Below, piece by piece: positions 13,108 to 27,400 of a stretch of DNA of 64,000 nucleotides. The notes beneath the pieces are model-generated. The model saw nothing but the letters and a program-made list of their open reading frames with translations, made no database searches and was not told the origin of the DNA. A program made the translations under genes and the position numbers. How positions within the stretch are numbered: position 1 is the first letter of the stretch; every line of letters begins with the position of its first letter. The DNA is taken from positions 18,348,182 to 18,412,181 of the forward strand of contig NC_052162.1 in assembly GCF_902713615.1 (NCBI RefSeq), read 5' to 3'. The stretch comes from Scyliorhinus canicula (lineage: Eukaryota).

Positions 13108-13793
13108 TGTTAAACTCACTCTCCATAATGCATGACCCTTAATGTAAGGTATGGTTCTCACAAGAGCCGCAATCCCATGTGTCCCATTCTTGGCTCTGCA
13201 CCATTGAGGAAGAAGTGTCCCGCTCTCTTGTCTGCATTCTTGAAAGGGGAAGATGTGTTTTTTTTAAGGATGGATGTGATCATGCATGCAGAAGGCTCAT
13301 GTACCTTCAAACTCTATATTCCCACGGTAACCTTTCGATGATATGAGTCTATTAGTTTATGTGATCTGCCCTCAGCCTAACAGGTGTCTGACGTTCCCAT
13401 GGTCAATATGCTGATCTCAGTAAAAGCATGCAGCAACTTACCACCTCAAGGTGACGAAGCAATGTCATATTTGTGTGCAGATGCTGAGATGTCCAACCTT
13501 AACTGTCTCTCACCCTGCAGTTTTTCCTATAGCAGAGAGACGGGTCTTGTCACAAATTTGGCAGCAACAATGTGCATCCCAACACCTTGACACCAGGAGG
13601 TTACTGATGGAACTTCCAGATGGTAATTGCTGGAGGGCACAACAGCCTTTAGGCACGCTCGGAAATCACACATTGACAATGTGCAGGGGAACAATGGGAT
13701 AGGAGTATGTGATGACCCAGAACAGGGCTCCAAATGAGCAAAAATGCATGTCCTTGAGGGCATCATGTTATCTGATCATGTTGGACTTTGCTA

Positions 13794-14027
13794 GGGCAGC
13801 ATGGTGGTGCAGTGGGTTAGCACTGTGGCCTCACGGCGCCGAGGTCCCAGGTTCGATCCCGGCTCTGGGTCACTGTCCGTGTGTGTTTGCACATTCTCCC
13901 CGTGTTTGCGTGGGTTTCGCCCCCACAACCCAAAGATGTGCAGGCTAGGTGGATTGGCTGCAGTAAATTGCCCCTTAATTGGAAAAAATGAATTGGGTAT
14001 TCTAAATTTATTTTTAAATTTTAAAAC
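13794..14027 (+). mobile_element. Short V-SINE with 14-bp TSD
   Basis: TSD GTTGGACTTTGCTA at 13780-13793 and 14028-14041. Confidence 0.9.
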
Positions 14028-14216
14028 GTTGGACTTTGCTAGGGCAAAGGCTGTCCAGGAGTACACACTAGTTGTGAGTGTGAGGAGGCAGCTGAATATC
14101 ATGTAGGCAACTGTCATGCCTCTTCACTGTCAGGCATCCTGTTTCTGTTGTAGTGTTAAGATTAATGAAACTCAGGAAGACAAACTGAAACTGCCGGATG
14201 TCAATGCAATGTAAAC

Positions 14217-14728
14217 GGGCACGGGGACAACCGATTCTGGCCGTTAACGCCGCTCCAGCCTCCCTTCCTGGCACCAAATGGGCACCGCGCCAACCCGCGC
14301 ATGCGCAGTTGGGCCGCGCCAACCTGTGCATGCGCGGGGGACTTCTTTAGCGCGCCGGCCCCGACCAACATGGCGTCGGTGTTCAGGGGACGGCCGCGCC
14401 GGAAAGTAGCGGGGGGGGAGGAGGCTGGCCCACTGATCAGTGGGCCCCGATCGCAGCCCACCACCCCCCCCCACACACACAGGTCACCCCCCGACCGTTC
14501 ACGCAGAGTTCCCGCCGGCAGCGATCAGGGGTGAACGGCAATGTGGGACTTTGTTGTAACCACGCGGCCGCTTGCCCCATCCGGGCCGGAGAATCGGCGG
14601 CCCTGCCGATTCCAGCGGCCCGCGGTGCGCTAAACGCACTGGCGCAAATGGCACCGATTCTCCGCACCTCGGAGAATTGCGCTGGCGCATTGTGGCGATT
14701 CTCCGGCCCGGCGCGGGGCTCGGAGAAT
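14217..14728. mobile_element. GC/CpG-rich MITE-like fragment (Harbinger-type)
   Basis: Repeated GATTCTCC/GGAGAAT inverted motifs and a GCGCATGCGC palindrome; little CpG decay. Confidence 0.55.
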
Positions 14729-14729
14729 G

Positions 14730-14905
14730 AAATTAATGAAATGAAAATCGCTTATTGTCACGAGTAGGCTTCAAATGAAGTTACTGTGAAAAGCCCCTAG
14801 TCGCCACATTCCGGCGCCTGTTCGGGGAGGCTGTTACGGGAATTGAACCGTGCTGCTGGCCTGCTTTCACAGCCAGTGATTTAGCCCAGTGTGCTAAACA
14901 GCCCC
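14730..14905 (-). mobile_element. Second tRNA-derived SINE family (~180 bp, CATTT tail)
   Basis: Same family at 24480-24652, 28207-28392, 33862-34039 and 52180-52350. Confidence 0.8.
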
Positions 14906-15806
14906 TGTCCCCACTGTGTTAGTAATGAAGTTTGTTTTAATATACCATATCCCTATTTTGCATCAAATCACTCGTGGAATAAGGTATCCTTTCCTCACAG
15001 TCTTACAAAATCTAAATAAAATGTTGGAGTTTCTTTTCAGTATCCTAGCCACAGTTGGGGTCTTGTCCAGGATCGTAATATAGTGTTTATGCTGGTCCAT
15101 GGTGGTGGAGACTTGTCCAGGAAGGTCCTCAGTGCACCCAATGTCTGTCTTGCAATCTGCTGGCAATGTGAGCATCTTGAGCACACCTGTCTCACCTGGC
15201 CCATGAAATGGCCTCTTTGCTTTCATGCTCGACTTTCACAACCTTATTCTCATCCCCTTCATGGTCCACCTCATTGGAGATGTGAAGGTCGTCCATCTGA
15301 TTATCTGGGAGGTTGCAGCACCAGGTTATGTAGCACACCGCAAGCCAGGATGATGTGCCAGATCTGTTCAGGCACCGGAACTACTTTTTCAGAGTCCCAA
15401 TGGTGCGTTCCACCAAAGTCCATGTCACACCCTGGGCCTCGTTATGCTTTCTCTCGGCGGGCGTCTGAAGCATCTGTGGAAATTCAGAAATCTCAGCAAA
15501 TCCCAGTCCTGGCTTACTTGATCTTGGTTAACGTTGCCAAAATTGTGGACCTTTACAAAAATGGCATCTGTCACCTCCATTTGGCATTTGTGTCAAAGGT
15601 CCCCAGTGGAGTCCTGAAAGAGCCTTAGCCGTACATGGCAAGTGTGGCAGTTACTTTCACTGCCATTTTGCATCCTCCCAGTCCACGTCGCGCCAAATCC
15701 TGCAGAATGTGGCAAACATGAGTCATCAGATCAAACATGCGCAGGCATCAGCGACCCTGATTCCCGCTCATCTACAGATAACACATGTTATGTTTATACT
15801 GGCATC

Positions 15807-17632
15807 AGTGTTCACCAAAGAAGAGGACTTTGTGGAAGATGATTCTTGGATAGGGTGTGTGGATAGTCTAAATCATGTTGACACCAAAAAGGAGATAGTG
15901 AGTGTTTTAAAATACATTAAGGTAGATAAGTCTCCTGGGCCTGATGGGATTTACCCAGAATACTGAGGGAAGCAAGGGAGGAAATTTCTGGGACCTTTAA
16001 GAAAGGTAGCAGGGATAATCCAGGATACTATAGGCCGGTGAGCCTCACATACCAGTAGTAGGTAAATAATTGGAGAGAATTCTCAGGGACAGGATTTATA
16101 CCCATTTGGAAACAAATGGACTCATTAATGATAGATAACATGGTTTTGTGAAGGGGAGGTCATGCCTCACTAACTTCATCGAGTTTTGTGAGGAGGTGAC
16201 AAAGATGATTGATGAGGGGCAGCACGGTGGTGCAGTGGCTAGCATTGCTGCCTCATGACGCCGAGGTTCGATTCTGGCTCTGGGTAAATGTCTATGCGGA
16301 CTTTGCACATTCTCCCCTTGTTTGCGTGGGTTTCACCCCCACAAACTAATGATGAGCAGAGTAGGTGGATTGGCTATGCTAAAATTGTCCATTAATTGGA
16401 AAAAATGAATTGGGTACTCTAAATTTATTTAAAAAAAAGAAAAAAAAAGATGATTGATGAGGGGACGGTGGTGGATGTTGTTTACATGGACTTCAGTAAA
16501 GCCTTTGACAAGGTCCCTTATGGCAGACTGGTATAAAAGGTGAAGTCACACGAGATCAGAGGTGGTAGGATGGATACAGAGCTGGCTCGGTCACAGAAGG
16601 CAGAGGGTAGCAGTAGAAGAGCGTTTTTCTGAGTGGAAGGTTGTGACAAGTGGTGTACCACAGGGGCCTCTGTTGTTTGTAGTACACATAAATAATTTAG
16701 AGGAAAATGTAGCTGGTCTGATTAGTAAGTTTGCGGATGACACCAAGGTTGGTGGACTGGCAGATAGTGTTGAAGATTGTAAGAGGATACAGCAGGACAT
16801 AGATATGGGTTGGAGACTTGGGCAGAGAAATGGCAAATGGAGTTAATCCGGACAAATGTGAGGCAATGCATTTTGGTAGACGAAACAGAGGGGAAATATA
16901 TAGTAAATGGCAAAACTCTTAGGAATATAGAAAGTCAGTGAGATCTGGGGGTACAGGTCCACAGATCTTTGAAAGTGGCAACACAAGTGAACAAGGTAGT
17001 CAAGAAAGCATATAGAATGCTTGCCTTCATTGGACAGGGCATCGAGTATAAAAATTGGCAAGTCATGATGAAGTTGTATAGAACTTTGGCAGGGCCGCAC
17101 TTGGAATATTGCGCATAATTCTGGTCGCCACACTACCAGGAGGATGTGGAGGCTTTGGAGAGGAGGTTTACCTGGATGTTGCTTGATCTGGAGGGTGTTA
17201 GCTATGCGGACAGGCTGAATAGACTCAAGACTGTTTTCACCAGAACAACAGAGGTTGAGGGGCGACCTGATAGAGGTCAACAAGATTATGACAGGCATGG
17301 ATAGAATGGATGGGCAGGCACTCTTTCCCAGGGTCGGTCACTGGAGGGCATAGGTTTAAGGTCTGTGGGGCAAAGTTTAGAGGAGATGAGCGAGGCAGGT
17401 TGTTTTTTTACACAGAGGGTGATGAGTGCCTGCAACGCTTTGCCTGGGGAGGTTGTGGAAGCATATACATTAATGGCGTTCAAAAGGCATCTCGACAAAT
17501 ACATGGATAGGATGGGTATAGAGGGATACGGCACTAGGAAATGCTGATGGTTTTGGCCAAGGGTGGTATCATGACCGGTACAAGCTTGGAGGGCCGTAGG
17601 GCCTATTCCTGTGCTGTATAGTTATTTGTTCT
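15807..17632 (+). mobile_element. 5'-truncated CR1-clade LINE (SINE insert ~16216-16448)
   Basis: KSPGPDGIYP, ISKFADDTKVGG and FFTQRV peptides, CR1 3' tail; frameshifted. Confidence 0.85.
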
Positions 17633-19684
17633 TATACACCCAGGGTATAGTGAGGTACCTATCAATGGCTCCTCCCTTTGGTGAGGCACCTTGTTCGCAT
17701 TTTTCTCCTTCTCTTCTGCCATTAGCAACAATGCATGCAGTGAAATCACCAGACTCCATCTTTCTGATGCTCGCCTCACTGCAGTATCAGGGATGCAAGA
17801 GTCAGCATTTGTTTGTAAGGGTCCACGTTTGGTCAAAGAATCATCTGTGACTCTGGCCTCAAATTTTCTCTGCAAATGCCGGAGTGTCCTGACTCCTGAA
17901 ATGATGCCCAGTGTGGGTATGCACGAATTGTAACCCCCAACCCACATGATGGACTGCTACCAACTTTGGCCAGGCAACTGGGTGTTCTGCTTTCAGCTGA
18001 GGTGCTGGAATTACCATGAACTTCACTGAAGACTGTGCAGTTTGGCCTGACCAGGGGAGTGAATGTTCAGTTTGTACATTACTATACTTAAGTGGGTTCA
18101 GAGGATTCACGAGTGTTTCATGGCCACATTGCCAAGAGACTCCTTTATAGCTTATCTATACCCTATAGTCATTGCCACTTTGAGGGATCAGTGTTGCTTG
18201 AATGGGCATAATTGCTTCACTTGTCCGACTTCCTGCATGTCAACTGACCAGCTGCTAGCCTGTCTCGGCTGTGGCTGTGCCCTCATCTTGGAACTAATAT
18301 TTTGTTTAGTTCCCGTCCTGCCTCCCCAGTCATGTGTTGCGTGGAACTTCCCCCCCCCCCCCAACCCGGCCTCACCTCGCCTCGTCCCCTGCAGCCCCGT
18401 CCACTCCTTTCCCACAGTCGCGCCTAGTCCCTTTCATAATGGAGCCCATGCCCTTCAGCCTCTTCCGTTCCCGCAGTCCTGTCTGGCCCTTCCCCCACTG
18501 GATCTATTGCCCGGCAGCACATTTAAAACCACCCCTCCCATCACTCCGTGTGGAATCTGCGGCTACTTGCCCAAAAGACCACCCCTGAAACAAAGGTGAA
18601 CGTTGTATTGATAGAAGCTTTGCCAATTCACCTCAGAGTCCCAAGCAAAGTGCAGATTACCAGCTATTGTGAAACACATTGTTGTAATTGAACAGTGACA
18701 TGGGTAGTAAGTTTTGTGTAGGGGGCTGATTATGTATAGTTATGTATAGGAAAGATATGAATGCATGTGAATGAAGAGAGTGCAGAAAAAGTTTACAAGA
18801 ATGGTTCCAGGGAGGAGAAACTTCATTTATGAGGATAGATTGGAGAGGTTGGCACTGTTCTCCTTGGAGAGAAGGTTGAAAGGGGGTTTGATAAAGGTAT
18901 TCAAATCATAAGGGGGCTGACTAAAGTAGATAGAGAAAACTTTTTCCTGCTCAAAACGGATCGAAAGTGAGAGGTTGCAGATTTAAAGGGATTTGCAAAA
19001 GAGCAACTGTGATGTGAGAAAAACCTTTTCACAGAGTGTGGTGGAAGCAAGGTTTGATCAAGGCATTCAAGATGTCATTGGCTGAATATTTGAATAGAAG
19101 CAATTTGCAAGGATACAGGGAAACAGGGTCATGATGCTCATTTGGAGAGCTAGTGCAGACACAATGGACCGAATGGCCTTCTTCTGCAGCCTAACAATTC
19201 TGTGATTCTGGTGAGGTGGTGTCATAAGCTGGCAATGCTATTCGCAACATTTGGTGGCGGGAAACGTCGCCCACTATGAATGGATGAAGTGCACAATCGC
19301 TTCTACATTTTATGTAATTGGAAATCCCGCTTTGAGCCTTTTCACAAGATTTAGCTCTCGTGCCCGCCATGAAAATCCCAGCTTTGGGGGGGCGGGAGAA
19401 GAGAGAGAAAACAAGGAGAAATTGCTTCAGAGAGGTTTGTTAAGATCTAGAATGCTTTACTAAAAGGTTGGTGGAATCTTGAGGGCTTATGGGGAAAAAC
19501 TAATGGTGTGGAACTAAATTTGACCGCTTTTGCAAAGAAGCTAGCACAGACATGAAGGCCTGAATAGCCTTTTTGAGCTGTAAAGTTCTATGACCGTTTC
19601 AAAATATACTGAAATTAATAAAAAGGATACTGTTAAAACTGCTATTTTCTGAACAAAACAACTGCACACACCTCATCATTGATA

Positions 19685-19690
19685 TTTATT
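19685..19690 (-). terminator. Candidate UPF3B poly(A) signal (implies a 3'UTR of ~1.6 kb)
   Basis: AATAAA on the minus strand at the end of a stretch with no recognisable repeats (19600-21300); a second candidate lies near 19996. Confidence 0.5.
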
Positions 19691-21299
19691 GATTGCAAGT
19701 GTTCAACACTATTGAAAATATAAACAATTCATGAAAAAAAAAGCAAATGCTAATAGCAAACATTTCAATTTTCTACTGCAGGAATCGTTTCAACAGTTCT
19801 TGGAATGTACCACCAGCTTTGCAACCTTTCTGACGCTGCACAAAAAGCCAACAGCGTTTGCTGCTCCTATTGTGCTTCCGTTCGATTGTTCCAATTTCAC
19901 AGACCCTGAATGCATACACAATGTCTAAAAAAAAAGCATAAGGAACCAGCAACATTGCAAATCAGGGATCAAGAAAAAGGCTATTTACTGCCTGTTTATT
20001 TTGCGCACATGATCCAAAACTAGCTACACTCTTCAGAAGTAAATCTTCAAAATAAAACTGGTTACTGAACAGATTTAATTTCTCCCTAAGAAACCCCCCC
20101 ACGCAGCCCCGTCGCAATGAATCTCAAGTGTTTTTCTATTTCTATGCCAAAAAAATAAAATCAGACTGCCTGCATTCCAGTATCTTGGTTTAATAAAAGC
20201 GCACACATCTATCCATCTGAAAGCAAATTTCCATAACATTAAACATCAACAAATTAATTTCCAGGTTGCCATGTTATCAGCACCCTCTGCTGGAGGAACA
20301 GTCAGGTGGCACTGCAGCTGGCTTCCAAAGGAAGAAGTGCCTTGAATGAAACAGAGCGGGAGTTATGTTGAAAGCACATTTTCTATGACACATGAAGAGG
20401 CAAGTAAGAATTTTTTTCCTGACTATTTTCTAATGTGTTCTTATATGTCCTTGACATATGACATATAGCTGGATGATGGGGTACAATTTCAGTTAAAAGA
20501 ACTGGATTGGCACAGAAACACAAATTGGGCAAAGTTAAATTTGTCTAAGCTCTTTCCCATGTAAATCACTTAGACCTTTGTTAAACTTTTAAAGGGTATA
20601 AAGAAAATAGAATTGAAGAATTACATAACCTCCACAGACCTTTCAATACAGATTGCGAACGGTACCTTTTTCCACATTTTTAGTTCAAGACAAGTCAAGT
20701 CTAACCCTAAAATGTAGCACCTATAGCAAATTGCTAAATTCGACTTTCCCAATTTCCTCCGTGGGCCTTTCCATACATTCCACAAGTGACAAGGTCAATA
20801 AGGCCACTAAGAATTTGGTCTCCCATGCTATAATCTGTGATGGTGCACCAAACCTATATATTCACTTACGACCCAGGTAAGTTACTAGCATTTGCTGGTA
20901 TAATTCTGTTGTAGCTGACAGAATATCTCCTTTGCCTGTGATTTGTCTACTGAAGCAGATGATGAGATGTCATTAATATCATATCAAAGCTGTTGGCGGG
21001 AACATTTTCAGAGTCACTAGCACCTGTCTAGTAAGCGCAATGTCCAATTTACATCCCGGTTAACCTCCAACTGCAATAACCTTACAACCACTTGTGCCCT
21101 GTCACAATCGTGATGGCAAAATAAAACCTCCGTTCCTAAAATAGGGAAATTACCAGTTTCAAACATTTTATCTGAGAAGCAACCACACCAGCCTTGTTCT
21201 CTGAACTCCTCTCCAGTAAGCACACTTTTGGACTTCCCCACATTTGGTCGGTGTACCATGACTGCTCAACCTTTGATGAACTAGTAGCAACAGCCATTT

Positions 21300-21467
21300 T
21301 CATTCTTCACTCTCCTTTTCTGCAATATTCCCGGAAGCCTCAAACTCCTCTTTTTTCTCTTCACTCGTGTCTGGCGACTTTAAGCTGCCCTCGCTAGACT
21401 TTGCACCCGTCATTAACCTGCAGCGGCTCCGTGCCCCCGGCTGATACAGCTGCATAGTTGGACGGTC
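21300..21467 (-). CDS. UPF3B: UPF3B last coding exon
   Basis: DRPTMQLYQPGARSR...EKESEE then TGA at 21302-21300. Confidence 0.93.
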   Translation of the reverse strand, partial: DRPTMQLYQPGARSRCRLMTGAKSSEGSLKSPDTSEEKKEEFEASGNIAEKESEE

Positions 21468-24400
21468 CTGTAAATAACAAGTAAAAAAACAAATACATAC
21501 AAATAAATCAAACTTCTGAAAGTTGGATTAAACGTCATCACATTTCAGTTATGATAAAATGCCTTTTCTTTAATCAAGAGCAAAGTGCATAATTTATAAC
21601 TACATTTGAGAGTAACATTTTTGGATTGCTTAAAACAGGATGTTGACATTGGCTAAACTCAGGACACCAATTGAATCACCCATAAAAAGGTATTTCTTAT
21701 TTTTTTAAAAATAAAAAGCGGACACTGCTCTGCTTGGTTTCAATACTACAGATTAGGGTTTAAAAAAAAACTTACCTTTCTATTAGTAGCTATAAATTAA
21801 CCTAAACATTTCAACACATTACAATGCAATCAGGCCAGCAAGATTGTACTCAAGATTCACTTTCATAGAATTATTAAGAGCGGGGCACCATATGTTTACT
21901 TAACTTTAACTTGTTTACATAATTTATTTTATAAGTTACATTCATGATTGCGACCTACGTCAACTTGAAGAACAATACATATTAACCAACAATAAAATCA
22001 GTGTCAAGATATTTAATGAAATGGCTCCAAAATCCGCTATTGAGAAGAAGTGATGGCTGAGTATTATATTTGCAACATCGGTGTTTTTAAAGCAATTAAA
22101 GGTAATGGCGGTTTTACTAACATCCTTCCCTTGTACTACTGAAAGATTTTCAAAATGAACCATTACGGTACCTTATTCCGGATTCGTTCCTTTTTTGCTG
22201 CACTATCTTCTTTCTTCTCCTCTTTTATTTTCTCCAACTTGTCATAGCTTGTTGTAGTCTCAGAGTTCTCCTTCTTCCTGGTCTTTTCATTTGTTTGATC
22301 CTTTTCCTTCTTGAGCTCTTCATCTTTTTTTCGGAAAGGTTTGTCAGCCTCGGATCGTTCCCTTGGCTTCCACCGTTCTTCCTCCTGCCGTTTCTGACGC
22401 TCTTTCTCCTTCAGCCGTCTCTCACGTTCCCTTTCCTCTTTATCTCTGTAGTCTCTTCCACAATCATCTTCAACCCTGTCAAGCCCAAACAATGCGAAAC
22501 TTACTCAGCGTTACCACAGAATTAAAAAAATGTTAAATTATATTTGCTTTGGGATATGCCGAATGCCACCATGGTTGCATTTACTTACTTATCACTTGTT
22601 GCCCTGAGAAGACGGTGCACCTTAATGACGGTTTTAAAATGGAGTGACTTTGATTTGATTTGTCACATGTACCAAAGTACAGTGAAAAGTATTTTTTTGC
22701 GGCCAAGGGAACGTACACAGTGCATACATAGTAGACAAGAAAAGAATAATCGACAGAGTACATTGATAAATGCTACATCGACAAACAGTGATTGGTTACA
22801 GTGCGAAACAAGGGGTCAAACAAAGCAAATACATGAGCATGAGCAAGAGCAGCATAGGACGTCGTGAATAGTGTTCTTACAGGGAACAGATCAGTCAGAG
22901 GGAGAGTTGTTGAGGAGTCTAGTAGCTGTGGGGAAGAAGCTGTTCCTATGTCTGGATGTACGGGTTTTCAGACTTCTGTATCTTCTGCCTGATGAAAAGG
23001 TGTGGAAAAAGGCAAAGCCCGAGTGGGAAGGGTCTCTGATAATGCTGTCTGCCTTCCTGAGGCAGCAGGAGGTGTAGACAGAAGCAATGTGCGGGTGGCA
23101 AGTTTGTGTGATGCGTAGGGCTGAGTTCACCACACTTTCCAGAACACATTGAAAGTTAAACAAGTAGCATGGCATTGGAGACACATGCAGGCCAGATTGG
23201 ATAGGTCTATGGATTTCTTACTGAGAAGAAAGTATGTGAGATAGTTGGATTATTGCGACAATCTGAGTTTCCCATTCATCTTTTCCTGATGCCATGCCAG
23301 ATTTATTGAATTCACAACTTAACTAGATACAATTCACTGAATGACAAGGCCAATTGGTACAAAGAATGATAGTTTATTCATCTGGCTTGCTAGGTTATAT
23401 AAAGCGTACTGGTGAATTGTATGGGCCAATTCACACCAGCTATTTTCAAGCACAGTTACAATTTGGATTTCTGATTAACGTGGCTCATTACAACTAAGCC
23501 ACAGTCAAGTAAACTTCCTTCGCTTTGGTGTCACCTGTGACATAGTGGTGATTATCACATCTCTAAGCCAGAAGGCTGTGGTTTAAAGTCCCACTCAAAG
23601 CTCACACTTTAGTACAACGCAGAGAGTGCTGCACTGACAGGGTTGCCATCTTTCGGATGAGAAATCAAACCAAGGCCCCATGTGCACTCTGGGTGGATGC
23701 AAACAATCCCCAAGGCACTATTCTGAAGAGGAGCTGGTGAGTTTTGGACTGGTATCCTGGCGAATATTCATCCCTCAACCAACATCAGTGAATTGCGAGA
23801 GCATATATTTATGGAACCTACCCGTGTGCAAATTGCCGACCACATTTCCTGTTTCAATTTAACCTCAAAAGTACCTGATTAGCTGGGACTTGCTGAGGTC
23901 ATGAAAGGTGCTACATAAATACAACTTAATTAATTCGTTCACAGTGCAACATCCACTTGAATCATACTTTATAAAGGTTAAGAGTAGTTACCAGACCTGA
24001 AATCTTTTTTTCACTGCCGCACTTGAATGTCTCACCATAGAAGTTTAAACTGCTCACTGCACTGCTCTGTAATGCAGTATGGCAAGAGTCCAGAGTGGAA
24101 AGACACAGATTTGTGTCCACAAATATGTTCAAGCCCTGCCACTCACACCAACCCCGAATGAATAGTTCAAAGGATGCTTAAGCAGAGGCTCGGTCATATC
24201 CCACTCCATTGCGTTTGCCAGGAATTGATGCTCAATACAAAGAAAGAAGAGGTTTACCCAAGCTAACACACATAGCTGCCAACCTTTAAAAAAATGATAT
24301 TGTCAAAAGTCACCTAGGAATTGCCTCACGGTACACTGGAAGAAATATACCAAGAGAAATCAGACCAGGGTTGACGATGCAGCATCTCTGAACTTATACA

Positions 24401-27400
24401 GGGAAGAAATCAGTTCTTGAGCACTAAGCCCATGACAATATGAGCTCTAAATGAACAATTCTTTACAATTTACACCATTGAGCTCACTCGGCTAAATCGC
24501 TGGGTTTTAAAGCAGACCAAGCAGGCCAGCAGCACGTTTCGATTCCCGTACCAGCCTCCCCGGACAGGCGCCGGAATGTGGCGACTAGGGGCTTTTCATA
24601 GTAACTTCATTGAAGCCTACTCGTGACAATAAGCGATTTTCATTTCATTTTTAATTTCCTCGATTGTAGCGTGCATACAAACCACCAATACCAATTTAGT
24701 ACCATGGGCAAAGAGACCGTGCATACTGAACCAGCATCCAAGTAACAAGACTGGAAAAGGATATAAGCAGTTTAAATTTATTCTCACTCACTTCTTTCCT
24801 TTATCTTCTTTGATGGTACTCTCCAGACGTTTACTCTGTCCACTGAACGGTCTGTCCTCCTTAGCTCTTTCTCTCTCCAGTTTCTTTACCTTCTCCCTGG
24901 ACTTTTCTAAACTGGAGTCATCCCCTTTATCTGACTTCTTCAGAAGCTACAAACACACAAATGATATTTTGTTGCTTGACATTTTGTAAAAATGTTAAAT
25001 GAAAGTGCTTTTGTTAGAACATTGACATCATTTCGGGTACCTTTATCTTTGGTTCATCCTTTGATCTGTCCTTGTCTTTATCAAATCCTTTATCCAACAT
25101 CTTCTTTTGCTTCTCTGCTTCTCTCCTTTTCCGCCTTTCATCCTCTCTCCATTTTCTCCTTTCTTCTTCTCGGAGCCGCCTCTTTTCCAGCTCTCTTCTC
25201 CTCCTTTCTTCTCTTTTTTCCTCTCGTATTCTCTGGCGACAGGAAGCGAGGGTGGGGAAAGGAAGAAAATAGAGACACACACAATGACGTAATTTGAATA
25301 AACACAAAACTGCTTTTCCATATTTTGACTTTTTTTTTAAAAAAAAATGACAAAACCAGAAAGTCATTACCTGTTTATTTTTCACATAGTCCAAAAGGGG
25401 TGTGGTTTTTTTAGCTGTTAAATGTAAAAAATAATTATTTCATCCATGCAAAATAAAACTCTGATTTTTTTGAGTTCTGACAAAATGGCAACAAAACACT
25501 GGGAAAAGATAAATGTATAAAATAAATCAAATGGGGAGTTCAGAAAAATATTTTCTACCAAGAGCGATGTGAATGTGGAACCAGAGGGAGTGGTTGGGAT
25601 GAATGGTATAGATGTATTTAAGGAGAAATTCAATGGGAGTATGAATGGAGTTGATGATTAGGCTGATAGAGTTGGATGAGGAAGGTTGGAAGCAATGAGT
25701 GGAGAATTAACAAGGCTGGTTGGATCAAATGGCTGCTTTCTATCCTGTATATTATATTATAAAACACTTGCAGCAAATGTCCATTGTATGTGTAATCAGG
25801 GCTCAATTTCTTGGGGATAATGCATTCATCACCTCACCCAAGTTGCCTCGAACAACTTTCGAGGATGCTTCAGAGGGCATCAAGAGTCAATTACTTTGGG
25901 TGGACTAGGGGCACACGCCATTCCAGAATGGACAGATGTAACAAATTCCTTCCCGTGAAGGGATTTAGTGCATCAATTGGATTAAGCAATAAACACAACT
26001 ACCCAGCTGTTTCAACGTCATTTTTTCAGGCACCAGCTCACCAATTCATTGAATTCAATTCATGGTAGGATTTGAATCCTAATATCATATGCGCTGGACT
26101 ACTTGCCCTGGTTTAGGATTTCATCAGGGCGATGCAAGCAGTGGAAAGGAATACAGAAGAACAGAAAAACAAATACAAGTAACAGACAATGGGAAATGTG
26201 TTTTAAACTAATTTAAGGGGCATGCAAGTTGTTCAAGGCAAGGCCTGATTATGCATGCGTGACAATGACAGAATAATTTCTGTCTATTTTAAATGATAAC
26301 CAACTATCTATTAGGCAGGTTATAATGTGATCCAAAGTCTACATATAGTGTGATGAATGGAGGATTTTAGGGATATCGGCTTCTAAATACTGGGGCAAGA
26401 AACCTGGGGTTATAGTGCGTTTGACTGCAGTGGTCATGTTTCAAAAAAAATAAAAGAATTTTGTTTTGCAGAGCTTGGGAGCTTTAGGAGCCAGAAGATG
26501 AAATTGATCAGAGGAATGTGGTTTTCACATTCGAACACGGGTCCTCAAAACCATAAGAGTGTTAACCACTGTGCCACCATGCTGCCCTAATAGTAGTGAT
26601 TAAGGAGCAATTATAAGCTGTTCTTTCAGGTGTGAAGTTAAGAGTTTAATATTGTATTCCTAATAAAGTTTTGTTTTAAAAATACCAAATCTCTATTTCT
26701 TCATGCAATCACCTGGGGCGAATCATTCTTTTTGCAGTCTTACAAATAAACTAAAGTTTAAGGGTTTTGGTCCAGTATCCTGGTCACTATTGGGGTCTGG
26801 TCTAGGATCATAATAATAGCCTGACAAACACACATCACAAACCAGGAGGGAAGATCAAGGAAATGAATCTTGTCAATTTGTGTAGCCCTGCATGAAGGAT
26901 AATTGTATTTAGAAAAAAATGGTCATTATATGTAGCTAAAGATTAATATTGAAGGGAAAATGATTTGTAAATTAATTCATGGGTTCAAATTCTGAAACTC
27001 GTCATTTTTATCTACAAACTGTAACAAGTAAACCGATGTCAGCTTGGAAACTGATCAGATTTATTTAAAAAGCTCATTTTACCTGCTAACTCTTTCGTTT
27101 TGGCTTCAATTTCCTCCAGCAGCGTCTCGGGATTGTTTGAATTTTTCTCATCATCTGCATTGTTATAACTCTCCAAAAACTTCTTATAGTCAGGATCTGA
27201 AACATTAAAAGAAAAGTGAAAAAACTTCTATAGGGAGTACCCAATTCATTTTTTCCAATTAAGGGGGCAATTTAGCATGTTCAATCCACCTACCTTGCAC
27301 ATCTTTGGGTTGTGGGGGCGAAACCCACGCAAACACGGGGAGAACGTGCAAACTCCACACGGACAGTGACCCAGAACTTCTACCAATTCTAAAACAAACA

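Noticed and set aside
15083-18599. 181-aa (15083-15628) and 178-aa (18063-18599) ORFs as host genes
   Set aside because: No recognisable domain or splice structure; they lie in decayed transposon-like sequence.
1-19600. RPL39 or other syntenic neighbours of UPF3B
   Set aside because: No recognisable coding exons; the region reads as transposon debris.
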